Assembly: GCA_020630475.1 (NCBI GenBank)
Contig: JAHDBI010000001.1
Span: 182,973-246,972, forward strand
Source: Saprospiraceae bacterium
Lineage (GTDB): Bacteria > Bacteroidota > Bacteroidia > Chitinophagales > Saprospiraceae
Direction of reading: 5' to 3'
DNA: 64,000 nucleotides
Position numbers and translations under genes: made by a program. The notes beneath the pieces were generated by a model that saw nothing but the letters and a program-made list of their open reading frames with translations, had not been told where the DNA came from and searched no databases. This document shows positions 40,418 to 50,799 of this stretch, in pieces. The stretch's first letter is position 1. Each line of letters begins with the position of its first letter.

Positions 40418-41355
40418 AACAAATTGTATAGTTTGTTTAAAATAAAAGTTTCTGTTTTCTCAAAAGACTCAAAAGTACAGCCACCTATGTGCGGGCTAAT
40501 CACTAAGTTTCTATGTTGTTGAGCGTAATGTACAAGTGGATGATCTGCTATTTCAGGTTCACCATATAAAACATCTACTGCTGCTCCGGCAATATTTCCA
40601 CTTTTTAAACAACGCAACATGCTAGCTTCATCGATCACCCCACCGCGACTTGTGTTGATAAGCCATTTTTTCGAATTGAAGTTTTTAAAAAAGGAATCAC
40701 CGTATAGATGATGTGTTGTTTTATTGTATGGAATGTGAATACTAATGATATCGGATTTTTCCACAAGTGTTTGAACGTCCGAATAAACGTGAATGTGCTC
40801 TGGACTGTCTTTAGCTTGTGTGTCAAAATACCCTACTGTAGATCCAAAGGCATGAAAATAATCTGCTACAATACGACCTAGTCTACCATAACCAATTATA
40901 CCTACAGTTTTTTTATATATTTCGTTTCCTCTAAATAAATCTCTTTGCCAACTACCTTTTAATACGTTTTGAATTGCAGGGGCAACATTTCTCATTACAG
41001 ATAAGGTGAGCAGCAAGGTGTGTTCTGCCGTTGCTCGTACTTCTTTTAAAAATTCGGTTTCACCACGAAGACAGACAATTTTAATTCCATACTTTTCACA
41101 AAGCTCTTCATCAATATGATCAATACCAGTAACTGGGGTTGCAATGAACTTACATGTAGTCTTTTCAGAAACGACTGATTCATTAATTTGGAATCCTAAT
41201 CGGAACCAGAAAACATCATAAGTTTCAAAAATATCTTTTAATTCATCTTGTTCACATTCCCCTACAGTCAAATTGAATTTCGAATTAAGTTCATTCAAGA
41301 CTTCTTGACTAAAATCTTCGGTCTCTGTTAAGAACAAATTGAGTTTTTTCTCCAA
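40414..41355 (-). CDS. D-isomer-specific 2-hydroxyacid dehydrogenase family protein
   Basis: 313 aa. 'VGIIGYGRLGRIVADYF', 'NTSRGGVIDE', 'AAVDVLYGEP', 'SPHIGG'. Confidence 0.85.
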   Translation of the reverse strand: MEKKLNLFLTETEDFSQEVLNELNSKFNLTVGECEQDELKDIFETYDVFWFRLGFQINESVVSEKTTCKFIATPVTGIDHIDEELCEKYGIKIVCLRGETEFLKEVRATAEHTLLLTLSVMRNVAPAIQNVLKGSWQRDLFRGNEIYKKTVGIIGYGRLGRIVADYFHAFGSTVGYFDTQAKDSPEHIHVYSDVQTLVEKSDIISIHIPYNKTTHHLYGDSFFKNFNSKKWLINTSRGGVIDEASMLRCLKSGNIAGAAVDVLYGEPEIADHPLVHYAQQHRNLVISPHIGGCTFESFEKTETFILNKLYNLL

Positions 41356-41356
41356 T

Positions 41357-42526
41357 CTAGTAACTTAGTTTTTTGTCAAAAGTAAGTGACACTTTTTCAA
41401 GTAGTTGTGCAATATGTTTTCCACTGTCACCTGATCCGTAAATAGGATCAGAATCATATCTACCGTGAAGAAGTTGTTTTTCTATTGCCCCTTTAATTTG
41501 AGACTCATCGTAATCAACGTCAATAGTGTTTCTCCCTCTTTCTCTTCCGCTTTGTCTTACACCAATATTAACAACAGGAATGCCTAAGTAAGAACACTCC
41601 CTAATTCCTGCACTTGAATTTCCAATTAGACATTTGGAGTTAAGTAAAAGTTTTAAAAAATCTTGCCCCTCCATGTTTTTGAAAAAATGAATAAAGTCAA
41701 TGTTATTTTTTTCTCTAAATGCCCTGATACCTTTAGAGGTTCCATCTGAACCTGCATCAACATTGGGCCAGAACCAAAATGTCGGCATTTTTAGCTGATG
41801 AATAGCATTAAGTGTTTTAGAGATGTGAATTCTTGAATTCTTATATTCTGTTGTAACTGGATGTTGTAAAACAACTAAGTAACCATTTTCCCAACCAGTG
41901 ATATTTCCAACGCCTCCATATTTTTCAAAAGGGTTAAAATCAAGTTTTGGATTTTGATTTATATGTTCTGCTAAATCAATTGAAGGACAACCGGTATTAA
42001 AAACCGTTTCCGGAAATTCACCCATTTTGATAACCCGTTCTTTTGCTTTGGCGGAAGCCACAAAATGAACATCTGAAAGTTTAGTTATGGCATGACGAAC
42101 CTTTTCGTCTATGTTTCCAGTCACTTCTCCTCCTTGAATATGTACAAGTGGAATGTTCATATAACTAGCAGCTATTGCAGTTGACATAGTCTCAAACCTA
42201 TCGGCTATTGTCACTACAGCGTCTGGATTTAGGCGTTCGAAAACAGAAGATAATTCAAGTATACCCAAGCCAGTTGTTTTCGCTTGAGCCGTTAAATCTT
42301 CTCCTTCAATAACATTTATGACTCTAGCCGCAATAGGAAAACCATCTTCTTCCATATATTTAACTGCTTTTCCATATCGGTCTAAAAGAGCGGAAGCCGC
42401 AACAACTAGTTGTAATTCTAGATGTTCGTTTTCATGAATTGCACGTAAAGCAGTTTTGATTCTGCTGTAACTTGGTCTTGCTGTAACGACAACACAGATT
42501 TTTCTTTTTTTATTCAAAGTCTTCAT
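41357..42526 (-). CDS. neuC: UDP-N-acetylglucosamine 2-epimerase, hydrolysing (NeuC/LegG type)
   Basis: 389 aa. 'ICVVVTARPSYSRIK', 'HIQGGEVTGNIDEKVRHAITKLS'. Confidence 0.9.
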   Translation of the reverse strand: MKTLNKKRKICVVVTARPSYSRIKTALRAIHENEHLELQLVVAASALLDRYGKAVKYMEEDGFPIAARVINVIEGEDLTAQAKTTGLGILELSSVFERLNPDAVVTIADRFETMSTAIAASYMNIPLVHIQGGEVTGNIDEKVRHAITKLSDVHFVASAKAKERVIKMGEFPETVFNTGCPSIDLAEHINQNPKLDFNPFEKYGGVGNITGWENGYLVVLQHPVTTEYKNSRIHISKTLNAIHQLKMPTFWFWPNVDAGSDGTSKGIRAFREKNNIDFIHFFKNMEGQDFLKLLLNSKCLIGNSSAGIRECSYLGIPVVNIGVRQSGRERGRNTIDVDYDESQIKGAIEKQLLHGRYDSDPIYGSGDSGKHIAQLLEKVSLTFDKKLSY

Positions 42527-43523
42527 CTTTTAGAAAATCATATTTCTTCTTAGCATGCTTTAATGTTTTACCAATTACGGATTTAAAACTTGAAGCATCA
42601 ATGCCAAACCCTTTTGGCTTTTTACTTTCTAAGTCATCGAAAGTTATAATATGATTAGCAGGTAGATCTTTGGAAACCGCGAGGGATTTTTCAAAGATAT
42701 TTTTTAACTCAGTATATTCTTTGTTATCCGACTTATCTATCGGGTTGTTTTTTGATTTTTCTATCGACCTAATTCCTTCTACAAGTTGGGCTATTTCGTC
42801 AATAGTCAAAGAGGATGTAGCATCAGGACCAAACATACGTTTATCGAACGTTGCATGGAATTCTAAAATATCAATCCCAATTCCGGCAGCTGCAATTCCC
42901 GCAAATATAGTTCCAGTATGTTCTGATAGGCCTATTGAACATTTAGGATATCTAGATTTTAATTCTGATATAACATTAAGGCCTAATTTTTCGTAGGGAG
43001 TAGGGTAGCTTGTGGTGCACTGAAGAATGCTTAAATCATTGCCAAACTGTTTTATAAAATTTACGGCTTCGTCTAATTCAGAAAATGAACTCATACCAGA
43101 AGACAGAATAATTGGTTTTCCAGTCTTTGCGATTTTTTCCAGCATTAAATAGTTAGTCACTTCACCTGAACCAATCTTATACCTTTTTACATTTAGTTCT
43201 TCAAGTAAATCCACAGCTGTTTGCGAAAAAGGACTAGAAAGAAATTCTAAACCAACTTGATCACAATGTTCTTTTATTCCAAACCAAGCTTCTTTGGAAA
43301 AGGACATTCTTTTCCAATAATCAAATCGAGTTTTGTCTTCATAAGAGAATTTAACTCGAAAGGGCTCATGAATACTACTTTCGGCTTCTGCTATGTGAGT
43401 TTGGAATTTTATTGCATCTACACCAGTCGCAGCTAATGCATCAATAAATGAATGCAAAATCCCCAAACTACCTTCGTGTGCTTGGCCAATTTCCGCAATA
43501 ATAAAAACGTTCGAATTAGACAT
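42510..43523 (-). CDS. neuB: N-acetylneuraminate (nonulosonate) synthase
   Basis: 337 aa. 'FIIAEIGQAHEGS'. C-terminal SAF-like 'LAVSKDLPANHIITFDDL'. Confidence 0.9.
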   Translation of the reverse strand: MSNSNVFIIAEIGQAHEGSLGILHSFIDALAATGVDAIKFQTHIAEAESSIHEPFRVKFSYEDKTRFDYWKRMSFSKEAWFGIKEHCDQVGLEFLSSPFSQTAVDLLEELNVKRYKIGSGEVTNYLMLEKIAKTGKPIILSSGMSSFSELDEAVNFIKQFGNDLSILQCTTSYPTPYEKLGLNVISELKSRYPKCSIGLSEHTGTIFAGIAAAGIGIDILEFHATFDKRMFGPDATSSLTIDEIAQLVEGIRSIEKSKNNPIDKSDNKEYTELKNIFEKSLAVSKDLPANHIITFDDLESKKPKGFGIDASSFKSVIGKTLKHAKKKYDFLKDEDFE

Positions 43524-44478
43524 TCATATTTTTATAATGATCAAAACTTTTTCTTAGACCATCTTCAATTCTAGTTTGTACTTTATAATTAAGACGGTCT
43601 TTAATTTTCGAGATATCCGCTAAACTATGGGGAATATCTCCTTCTCGTTCATCTCCATGTATTGCATCAACTTTTGATTGAGTTATGGTTTTAATCATAT
43701 TCCATAATTCAAGCAATGATGTTTTTTCCCCACATGCTACGTTGTAAATTTGATTTACAGGACCTTCACCAATTGAAAAAAGCGCAAGCATATTTGCACT
43801 GACAGCGTTTTCCACATAGGTAAAATCTCTACTAAAACTACCATCACCATTAATAACAGGAGATTTGTTTTCTATTGCTGCTTTAAAGAACAAAGGAATA
43901 ACCGCAGCATATGCCCCATTTGGATCTTGATTTGGCCCAAAAATATTGAAATAGCGCAAACCAATATATTCAAAGCCATTATAGACTTTAGAGAAAATGT
44001 CCGCATATAATTCATTTACGTATTTGGTAATCGCATAAGGACTTAATGGAAGTCCAATTTGATCCTCAACTTTAGGAAGTGTTTTGCTATCTCCGTAGGT
44101 TGAAGAAGATGCAGCGAATACAATCCTTTGAATGCCAAGTTCTTTCACCGCATAAAACATATTTAATGTGCCACCAATGTTTACTCCATTTGTTGTGATT
44201 GGATCTTTGATTGATCTAGGCACTGAACCTAGTGCTGCTTGATGACTGACTAGGTCTATGTTTTCACAAGCTTCCAAGCAAGTGTCAAGATTTCTAATGT
44301 CTCCATTTATGAATTCAAAATCAGATCGGTTTTCGAATTCTTGAATGTTACGATAGAAGCCGTTAGAAAGATTATCTAAAACCCGAACTGTTCCCACTCG
44401 GTCGTCTAAAAGTAATGCCTTTACAAGATTAGAACCTATAAAGCCTGCGCCACCAGTAATTAAAATATTTTTCTTCAT
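43516..44478 (-). CDS. UDP-GlcNAc/UDP-GlcNAcA C4-epimerase (WbpP/TviC-like extended SDR)
   Basis: 320 aa. 'ITGGAGFIGSNL'. YxxxK 'SPYAITKYVNE'. Confidence 0.85.
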   Translation of the reverse strand: MKKNILITGGAGFIGSNLVKALLLDDRVGTVRVLDNLSNGFYRNIQEFENRSDFEFINGDIRNLDTCLEACENIDLVSHQAALGSVPRSIKDPITTNGVNIGGTLNMFYAVKELGIQRIVFAASSSTYGDSKTLPKVEDQIGLPLSPYAITKYVNELYADIFSKVYNGFEYIGLRYFNIFGPNQDPNGAYAAVIPLFFKAAIENKSPVINGDGSFSRDFTYVENAVSANMLALFSIGEGPVNQIYNVACGEKTSLLELWNMIKTITQSKVDAIHGDEREGDIPHSLADISKIKDRLNYKVQTRIEDGLRKSFDHYKNMNV

Positions 44479-44484
44479 TTCGTT

Positions 44485-45786
44485 TTAGAGCCTTCCGTCT
44501 ACATCCTTTTTAGGAAGTATACTTTTTACATCGTATAAAATACCATCCTCATTTAAATAAGACCGCATATCCATATTTAGAAAATCTTTATGTGCTACAG
44601 TCAAAACTATCGCATCATAATCATTGTCTAAGGATTCAATATCATTTGTACAAGCAATGTTAAATTCTCTCTTTACTTCATTTTCGTTTGCCCAAGGATC
44701 GAAAAGCGTTAAATCAACACCATAAGATATAAGCTCATTATAGACATCAATTGCTCTTGTGTTTCTTATGTCTGGACAGTTTTCTTTAAAGGTTATACCT
44801 AGTGCCAAAATTTTAGCTCCATTGATTTTAATTTCTCTTTTAATCATTAGTTTGATTACTTCACTAGCAACGAAACTACCCATACCATCATTTAATCGTC
44901 TACCAGCCAAAATGATTTCAGGATGATAGCCTACTTCTTGAGCTTTTTGGGCTAAGTAGTATGGATCTACACCGATGCAATGTCCACCAACTAAACCTGG
45001 ACGAAATGGAAGGAAATTCCACTTTGTCCCAGCGGCTTCTAGAACCTCTAATGTATCAATATCCATTTTGTTGAATATTTTTGAAAGTTCATTAACAAAG
45101 GCTATGTTGATATCTCTTTGACTATTTTCAATAACCTTAGCAGCCTCAGCTACTTTTAAAGAAGATGCTTTGTATGTGCCAGCAGTAATGACGCTTTTAT
45201 ATATCTGATCGATTATTTCTGCAGATTCTTCCGTAGAACCGGAAGTTACTTTTAGAATTTTAGTCACTGTATGGTTTTTGTCGCCAGGATTTATTCTTTC
45301 AGGACTATAACCAACATAGAAATCAGCATTGAACGTTAATCCAGAGTGTTTTTCTAAAACTGGAATGCATTCATCTTCTGTTGCTCCAGGATAAACAGTT
45401 GATTCATAAACAACGAAATCACCTTTTTTTAAGACACTACCCACAGTTTCACTTGCTTTTTTTAATGGGGTAAGAACGGGTCTATTGTTTTTATCCGTAG
45501 GTGTAGGTACTGTAATAATGTAGAAGTTACACGCATTAAGTGATTCGGGATTTGTAGAAATTAATAATCCATTCTTATCTAACTCATCATGCGTGTTTTC
45601 TTGTTTTTTTAACACTGACTTTAGGTGTTCATCTTCAACCTCTAAAGTGGAATCTTGTCCAGAAATTAATTCTTTAACACGACGTTCATTTATATCAAAG
45701 CCAACTGTAGGATATTTTTTACCAAACTCTACGGCCAATGGTAATCCAACATAACCTAATCCTATTATTCCAATTTTATAATTCAT
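44485..45786 (-). CDS. UDP-N-acetylhexosamine 6-dehydrogenase (TviB/WbpO/WbpA/CapL type)
   Basis: 433 aa. '[17 protein letters not shown]'. Catalytic Cys '[13 protein letters not shown]'. Confidence 0.9.
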   Translation of the reverse strand: MNYKIGIIGLGYVGLPLAVEFGKKYPTVGFDINERRVKELISGQDSTLEVEDEHLKSVLKKQENTHDELDKNGLLISTNPESLNACNFYIITVPTPTDKNNRPVLTPLKKASETVGSVLKKGDFVVYESTVYPGATEDECIPVLEKHSGLTFNADFYVGYSPERINPGDKNHTVTKILKVTSGSTEESAEIIDQIYKSVITAGTYKASSLKVAEAAKVIENSQRDINIAFVNELSKIFNKMDIDTLEVLEAAGTKWNFLPFRPGLVGGHCIGVDPYYLAQKAQEVGYHPEIILAGRRLNDGMGSFVASEVIKLMIKREIKINGAKILALGITFKENCPDIRNTRAIDVYNELISYGVDLTLFDPWANENEVKREFNIACTNDIESLDNDYDAIVLTVAHKDFLNMDMRSYLNEDGILYDVKSILPKKDVDGRL

Positions 45787-46655
45787 TAATTTGCCTTTAC
45801 TATGTCCAATAAATATTTCCCATAACCACTTTTCACAAGATCATTACCCAATACTTCCAATTGAGCCTTGTCTATATAACCCATATGGAAGGCTACCTCT
45901 TCAATACAACCTATTTTATGACTTTGTCTTTTTTCAATTACTCGAACAAACTCTGAGGCATCATGTAAAGAGTCAAAAGTACCAGTATCTAACCAAGCGG
46001 TACCTCTGGTCATTACACCTACAGAAAGTTTTTGTTCATTTAAGTAATGCGCGTTGACCGTTGTTATTTCATATTCGCCTCTAGCAGAGAGTGGTATGTT
46101 TTTAGCAATTTCAACAACCTTGTTGTCATAGTAATAAAGCCCAGGAACTGCATAGTTACTTTTAGGTTGTTTTGGTTTTTCTTCTATGGTAATGGCTTTT
46201 TGATTTTCATCGAATTCAACAACACCATATCGTTCTGGATCTTTTACTGGATAAGCAAATATTTTTGCTCCATCCGTTATAGTAGCGCTGTTTTTTAGAA
46301 GCTTTGACAAGCCAGCACCGTAGAATATATTGTCACCCAAGATTAGTGCAACGGAATCATTTCCGATAAATTTTTCACCTATAACAAAAGCTTGCGCAAG
46401 TCCGTTTGGAACTTCTTGCACTTCATAGTGAAATTCACAACCTAAACTTTCACCAGACCCTAAAAGTCTCTTGAATTGTGATTGATCTTCTGGTGTAGTA
46501 ATGATTAGTATCTCTCGAATTCCAGATAACATTAGAATTGACAATGGATAATAAATCATTGGTTTGTCATAGATCGGCATCAACTGCTTACTAATAGCTT
46601 TAGTAATAGGATACAGTCTTGAACCAGAACCACCCGCTAAAATTATTCCCTTCAT
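45786..46655 (-). CDS. rfbA: Glucose-1-phosphate thymidylyltransferase
   Basis: 289 aa. '[39 protein letters not shown]'. Confidence 0.95.
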   Translation of the reverse strand: MKGIILAGGSGSRLYPITKAISKQLMPIYDKPMIYYPLSILMLSGIREILIITTPEDQSQFKRLLGSGESLGCEFHYEVQEVPNGLAQAFVIGEKFIGNDSVALILGDNIFYGAGLSKLLKNSATITDGAKIFAYPVKDPERYGVVEFDENQKAITIEEKPKQPKSNYAVPGLYYYDNKVVEIAKNIPLSARGEYEITTVNAHYLNEQKLSVGVMTRGTAWLDTGTFDSLHDASEFVRVIEKRQSHKIGCIEEVAFHMGYIDKAQLEVLGNDLVKSGYGKYLLDIVKAN

Positions 46656-46657
46656 AA

Positions 46658-47917
46658 TTAAATTATCATTCCGGCCGCAACCGTATTGTTATTACTTTCA
46701 TCAACAAGGATAACACTGCCCGTAATTCGATTTTGATTATACTCATCAAAAAACAAGGGTAGGGTAGTACGAATAGAAACTCTTGCAATGTCATTAGAAT
46801 TAATGGAAAAATCTTCCTGAATTCTATGTAGTGAATTAATGTCTAGTTTGTAATGTATTTCTTTAACAATACACCGTGCCTCCTTAGTCGTCTGACGTAT
46901 GGTATATTTTCCATTCTCCTTTAAGGGTTTAGTATGATCAAACCAACAAAGCATCACATCTAAATCTTGTTCCACTCTTGGTTTATTGTTTACACGAACA
47001 AGCATATCACCTCTACTGATATCAATATCATCTTCCAACAAAATGGTGACAGACTGAGGTGGAAACGCCGCCTCAAGTTCTTCTTTATAACAAGTTATGG
47101 ATGATATTTTAGAAGTAAACCCACTTGGTAAAGCCATAACTTCATCTCCTTTTTTAAATACACCTCCTGAAACTCTACCAGCATATCCTCTATAATCATG
47201 AAATTCGTCGTTGTAAGGTCGTATAACATATTGGACAGGAAATCTACAATCAATGAAGTTGTGATCACTTGATATATGAACATTCTCTAGATAGTACATT
47301 AAGGTACTTCCTTCGTACCAACTCATGTTTTCACTTCTGTTAACCACATTATCACCTTTGAGGGCGGATATAGGAATAAAGCTTACATCCTTTACATCTA
47401 GTTTAGAGGTAAAAGATTCAAAATCTTTTCGAATGCTTTCAAATACCTCTTTATTATACTCGACTAAGTCCATTTTATTTACACACACAACGATATGTGG
47501 AATTTGTAAAAGAGAAGCGATTATGGCGTGCCTTTTAGTTTGTTCAATTATTCCTTGACGAGAATCAACTAGAAGTAATGCAACATTTGCTGTAGAAGCA
47601 CCTGTAACCATATTTCTAGTGTATTGAATATGTCCAGGCGTATCTGCAATAATAAATTTTCTTTTAGGTGTGCTAAAGTATCGGTATGCAACATCAATGG
47701 TTATCCCTTGTTCTCTTTCTGCCTTTAAGCCATCCGTTAAAAGTGCCAAGTTGACTTCACTTTCTCCACGTCTTGCACTGATGTCTTCAATTTGTTTAAA
47801 TTGATCTTGAAATATTGATTTACTATCATAGAGTAACCTACCTATTAAAGTTGATTTACCATCATCAACTGAACCGGCTGTAGTAAATCGAAGGAGTTCT
47901 GTGCTTTTAGAATTCAT
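46658..47917 (-). CDS. cysN: Sulfate adenylyltransferase subunit 1 (GTPase), not fused to an APS kinase
   Basis: 419 aa. G1 '[15 protein letters not shown]', G3 'DTPGH', G4 'NKMD'. Confidence 0.95.
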   Translation of the reverse strand: MNSKSTELLRFTTAGSVDDGKSTLIGRLLYDSKSIFQDQFKQIEDISARRGESEVNLALLTDGLKAEREQGITIDVAYRYFSTPKRKFIIADTPGHIQYTRNMVTGASTANVALLLVDSRQGIIEQTKRHAIIASLLQIPHIVVCVNKMDLVEYNKEVFESIRKDFESFTSKLDVKDVSFIPISALKGDNVVNRSENMSWYEGSTLMYYLENVHISSDHNFIDCRFPVQYVIRPYNDEFHDYRGYAGRVSGGVFKKGDEVMALPSGFTSKISSITCYKEELEAAFPPQSVTILLEDDIDISRGDMLVRVNNKPRVEQDLDVMLCWFDHTKPLKENGKYTIRQTTKEARCIVKEIHYKLDINSLHRIQEDFSINSNDIARVSIRTTLPLFFDEYNQNRITGSVILVDESNNNTVAAGMII

Positions 47918-47992
47918 ATATATACGCTATTTGAAAAACGGTTAAAGGATTTTCGCGAAAGCGAAATTATCAATAGTCATAAAAAGTAAGGC

Positions 47993-48898
47993 CTAGAAAT
48001 ATCCTTGTTTTTTTCTATCCTCCATGGAAGTCTCACTTCTTTTATCATCTGCCCTTCCTCCTCTTTCGGTCATTCTTGTTGTTGAAACTTCAGTTATAAT
48101 ATCTTCTATTTTACTGGCCGATGAGCGCCAAACACCTGTACATGTTACATCCCCAATCGTTCTACAACGTACGGTTTCTTTAAAAGCTTTTTCATCGGGT
48201 TTTTTCTGAATGAATTCAGAATCAGCTAACAGAATTCCATCTCTTTCAATAACCATTCTTTCGTGAGCAAAGTAAAGGTTTGGCAGAGGCACTTTTTCCA
48301 TGGCTAAGTATTGCCAAACGTCTAATTCTGTCCAGTTCGAAATTGGGAAAACCCTAAAATGTTCACCCATATTTTTTCTTGTATTGAATAAATTCCAAAG
48401 CTCTGGTCTTTGGTTTTTTGGGTCCCATTGTCCAAACTCATCTCGATGAGAAAAGAATCGTTCTTTTGCCCTAGCTTTTTCCTCATCTCTTCTAGCACCA
48501 CCCATAGCAGCATCATACTTTCCTTTTTCTAATTCGTCTAATAGGGTAAACGTTTGAAGACCATTTCTACTGGCGTTTACACCTTTCTCTTCATTAACCT
48601 GACCACTATCGATAGCATCTTGAACGTAACCAACTTTTAAATTGAGCTGATACTCCTTTACTAGATCATCTCTAAACTTAATTGTCTCTTCAAAATTATG
48701 CCCGGTGTCAATATGTAAAAGCGGAAAAGGAACTTTAGCTGGGTAAAAGGCTTTGACAGCCAAGTGTGTCATAAGTATAGAATCTTTTCCACCGGAAAAG
48801 AGAATCACAGGATTTTCGAATTGTGCAGCAACTTCTCTTAAAACAAAAATGGATTCACTTTCTAATTCCTTTAAGTGATCAATATTATAATTAATCAT
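47993..48898 (-). CDS. cysD: Sulfate adenylyltransferase subunit 2
   Basis: 301 aa. PP-loop 'ILFSGGKDSILM'. C-terminal '...RKKQGYF'. Confidence 0.95.
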   Translation of the reverse strand: MINYNIDHLKELESESIFVLREVAAQFENPVILFSGGKDSILMTHLAVKAFYPAKVPFPLLHIDTGHNFEETIKFRDDLVKEYQLNLKVGYVQDAIDSGQVNEEKGVNASRNGLQTFTLLDELEKGKYDAAMGGARRDEEKARAKERFFSHRDEFGQWDPKNQRPELWNLFNTRKNMGEHFRVFPISNWTELDVWQYLAMEKVPLPNLYFAHERMVIERDGILLADSEFIQKKPDEKAFKETVRCRTIGDVTCTGVWRSSASKIEDIITEVSTTRMTERGGRADDKRSETSMEDRKKQGYF

Positions 48899-48904
48899 AA
48901 ATTT

Positions 48905-49483
48905 CTATTTAGTAATAAATTCAAAAAGTAAGTTGGCACTAGCTTCTATAGTATGATTTTCTGTGCTAATTTCTAAGCTCGGATTAGTAGGTGCTTCAAA
49001 AGGGGATGATATACCAGTAAAATCTTTAATGTCCCCTTTCCTGGCTTTTTTATAAAGACCTTTCACATCTCTATTTTCGCAAGTTTCTAAAGAAGCATTG
49101 ATAAAAATTTCATAAAAGTCAGATTGAATAATTTCTTTAGCCTTATTTCTAAGTTCAATGGTTGGACTAACAAAACAACAAATCACAATGATACCTGTTT
49201 CTTTAAAGAGTTTTGCTATTTCAGAAACTCGTCTAATGTTTTCATAACGGTCTTCTAAATTAAAAGCTAAATCATTATTTATACCTGAACGTATATTGTC
49301 TCCATCAAGAACCTTTACTAGGTGCCCTTTGTCATATAATAATTGTTCTACTAATTTTGCTAAGGTGCTTTTACCTGAACCAGATAATCCAGTTAACCAA
49401 TAAACACCAGCTTTTTGGTTTAGTAGTTTTTCTTGATCTTTTTGCGATAAGAGTTGATCAAAATTAGGATGAATATTATTCAT
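48905..49483 (-). CDS. cysC: Adenylyl-sulfate (APS) kinase
   Basis: 192 aa. P-loop 'YWLTGLSGSGKSTLA', 'LDGDNIR'. Confidence 0.95.
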   Translation of the reverse strand: MNNIHPNFDQLLSQKDQEKLLNQKAGVYWLTGLSGSGKSTLAKLVEQLLYDKGHLVKVLDGDNIRSGINNDLAFNLEDRYENIRRVSEIAKLFKETGIIVICCFVSPTIELRNKAKEIIQSDFYEIFINASLETCENRDVKGLYKKARKGDIKDFTGISSPFEAPTNPSLEISTENHTIEASANLLFEFITK

Positions 49484-49489
49484 GTTGGT

Positions 49490-50794
49490 TTAATTTCTAC
49501 CGATACTAGAATACTCAAAACCTGAATTTTTGACAATGTTAGAATCATAAAGATTTCTACCATCAAAAATAACGTGCTGTTTCATTTGCGATTTCATTTG
49601 CGTGAAATCTGGAGTTCTAAATGTTGACCATTCAGTACAGATTAGAAGAGCGTCCGCGTTTTCTAGTGCTTCATATTGGTTTTTGGCATAAGAAATCTTG
49701 TCTTTGTACAGTTCTTTTACGTTTTTCATTGCCTCAGGGTCAAAAACTTGAACCCTAGCTCCGTGTTCAAGTAATTTGTCTATCGTGTATAAAGAAGGCG
49801 CTTCTCTAATATCATCGGTATTTGGTTTAAAGGCTAATCCCCAAATCGCAATAGTTTTGTCATTTAGATCGCCGTTAAATTTGTTTAGCACTCTATCGGC
49901 AAGTATGATTTTTTGATTTTGATTTACCTCCATAACTGACTTAAGGATATTGAATGGATAGTCATTCTCTTGAGCAGTTTTATACAGGGCTTTTACATCC
50001 TTTGGAAAACATGATCCGCCATATCCAATTCCAGGAAACAAAAATCTTTTGCCAATTCTAGAATCACTGCCAATTCCTTTTCTTACCATGTCGACATTAG
50101 CATCAACCTTTTCACAAAGGTTTGCAATTTCATTCATGAAAGTAATTTTAGTTGCTAGGAATGCATTCGCTGCGTACTTAGTCATTTCGGCAGAACGTTC
50201 ATCCATGACAATTATCGGATTTCCTTGTCTAACGAAAGGTTTATACAATCGCATCATGAGTTTTTCTGCCTTTTCAGAATTAGTACCTATTACGATTCTG
50301 TCCGGTTTCATAAAGTCATCTACTGCTACGCCTTCTCTTAAAAATTCAGGATTAGACACGACATCAAATAAAGATTCATCTAGATTTTTTGCAAGTACTT
50401 GATGAACTTTATTAGCGGTACCTACAGGCACTGTACTCTTATCTACTATAACCTTGTAATCAGTAATAAGATGAGACAGCTCATCCGCTACGGATAAAAC
50501 GAAACTTAAATCAGCAGATCCGTCTGCTCCTGGAGGTGTGGGAAGTGCTAAGAAAATAATTTCAGCATCCTTTACAGCATCAGGTAAAGAAGTCGTGAAT
50601 TTTAAACGACCAGATTTAGTGTTTCTATCAAACAGTATATTTAGACCAGGTTCGAAAATAGGTATATGCCCATCGCACATTAATTCTACCTTTTGTTTGT
50701 CTATATCTACACAAGTTACATTATTACCGGTTTCTGAAAAACATGTTCCAGTAACTAATCCAACGTATCCTGTTCCAACTACGGCAATTTTCAT
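49490..50794 (-). CDS. ugd: UDP-glucose 6-dehydrogenase
   Basis: 434 aa. 'MKIAVVGTGYVGLVTG'. Catalytic Cys 'GGSCFPKD'. Confidence 0.95.
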   Translation of the reverse strand: MKIAVVGTGYVGLVTGTCFSETGNNVTCVDIDKQKVELMCDGHIPIFEPGLNILFDRNTKSGRLKFTTSLPDAVKDAEIIFLALPTPPGADGSADLSFVLSVADELSHLITDYKVIVDKSTVPVGTANKVHQVLAKNLDESLFDVVSNPEFLREGVAVDDFMKPDRIVIGTNSEKAEKLMMRLYKPFVRQGNPIIVMDERSAEMTKYAANAFLATKITFMNEIANLCEKVDANVDMVRKGIGSDSRIGKRFLFPGIGYGGSCFPKDVKALYKTAQENDYPFNILKSVMEVNQNQKIILADRVLNKFNGDLNDKTIAIWGLAFKPNTDDIREAPSLYTIDKLLEHGARVQVFDPEAMKNVKELYKDKISYAKNQYEALENADALLICTEWSTFRTPDFTQMKSQMKQHVIFDGRNLYDSNIVKNSGFEYSSIGRN

Positions 50795-50799
50795 TTTTT

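Noticed and set aside
47951-47966. Small hairpin TTTCGC-GAAA-GCGAAA in the 75-bp cysD-cysN spacer
   Set aside because: It has only a 6-bp stem and no flanking U-tract on the transcribed strand. cysD and cysN must be co-expressed, so a terminator is unlikely. At most it is a minor RNA-stability element.
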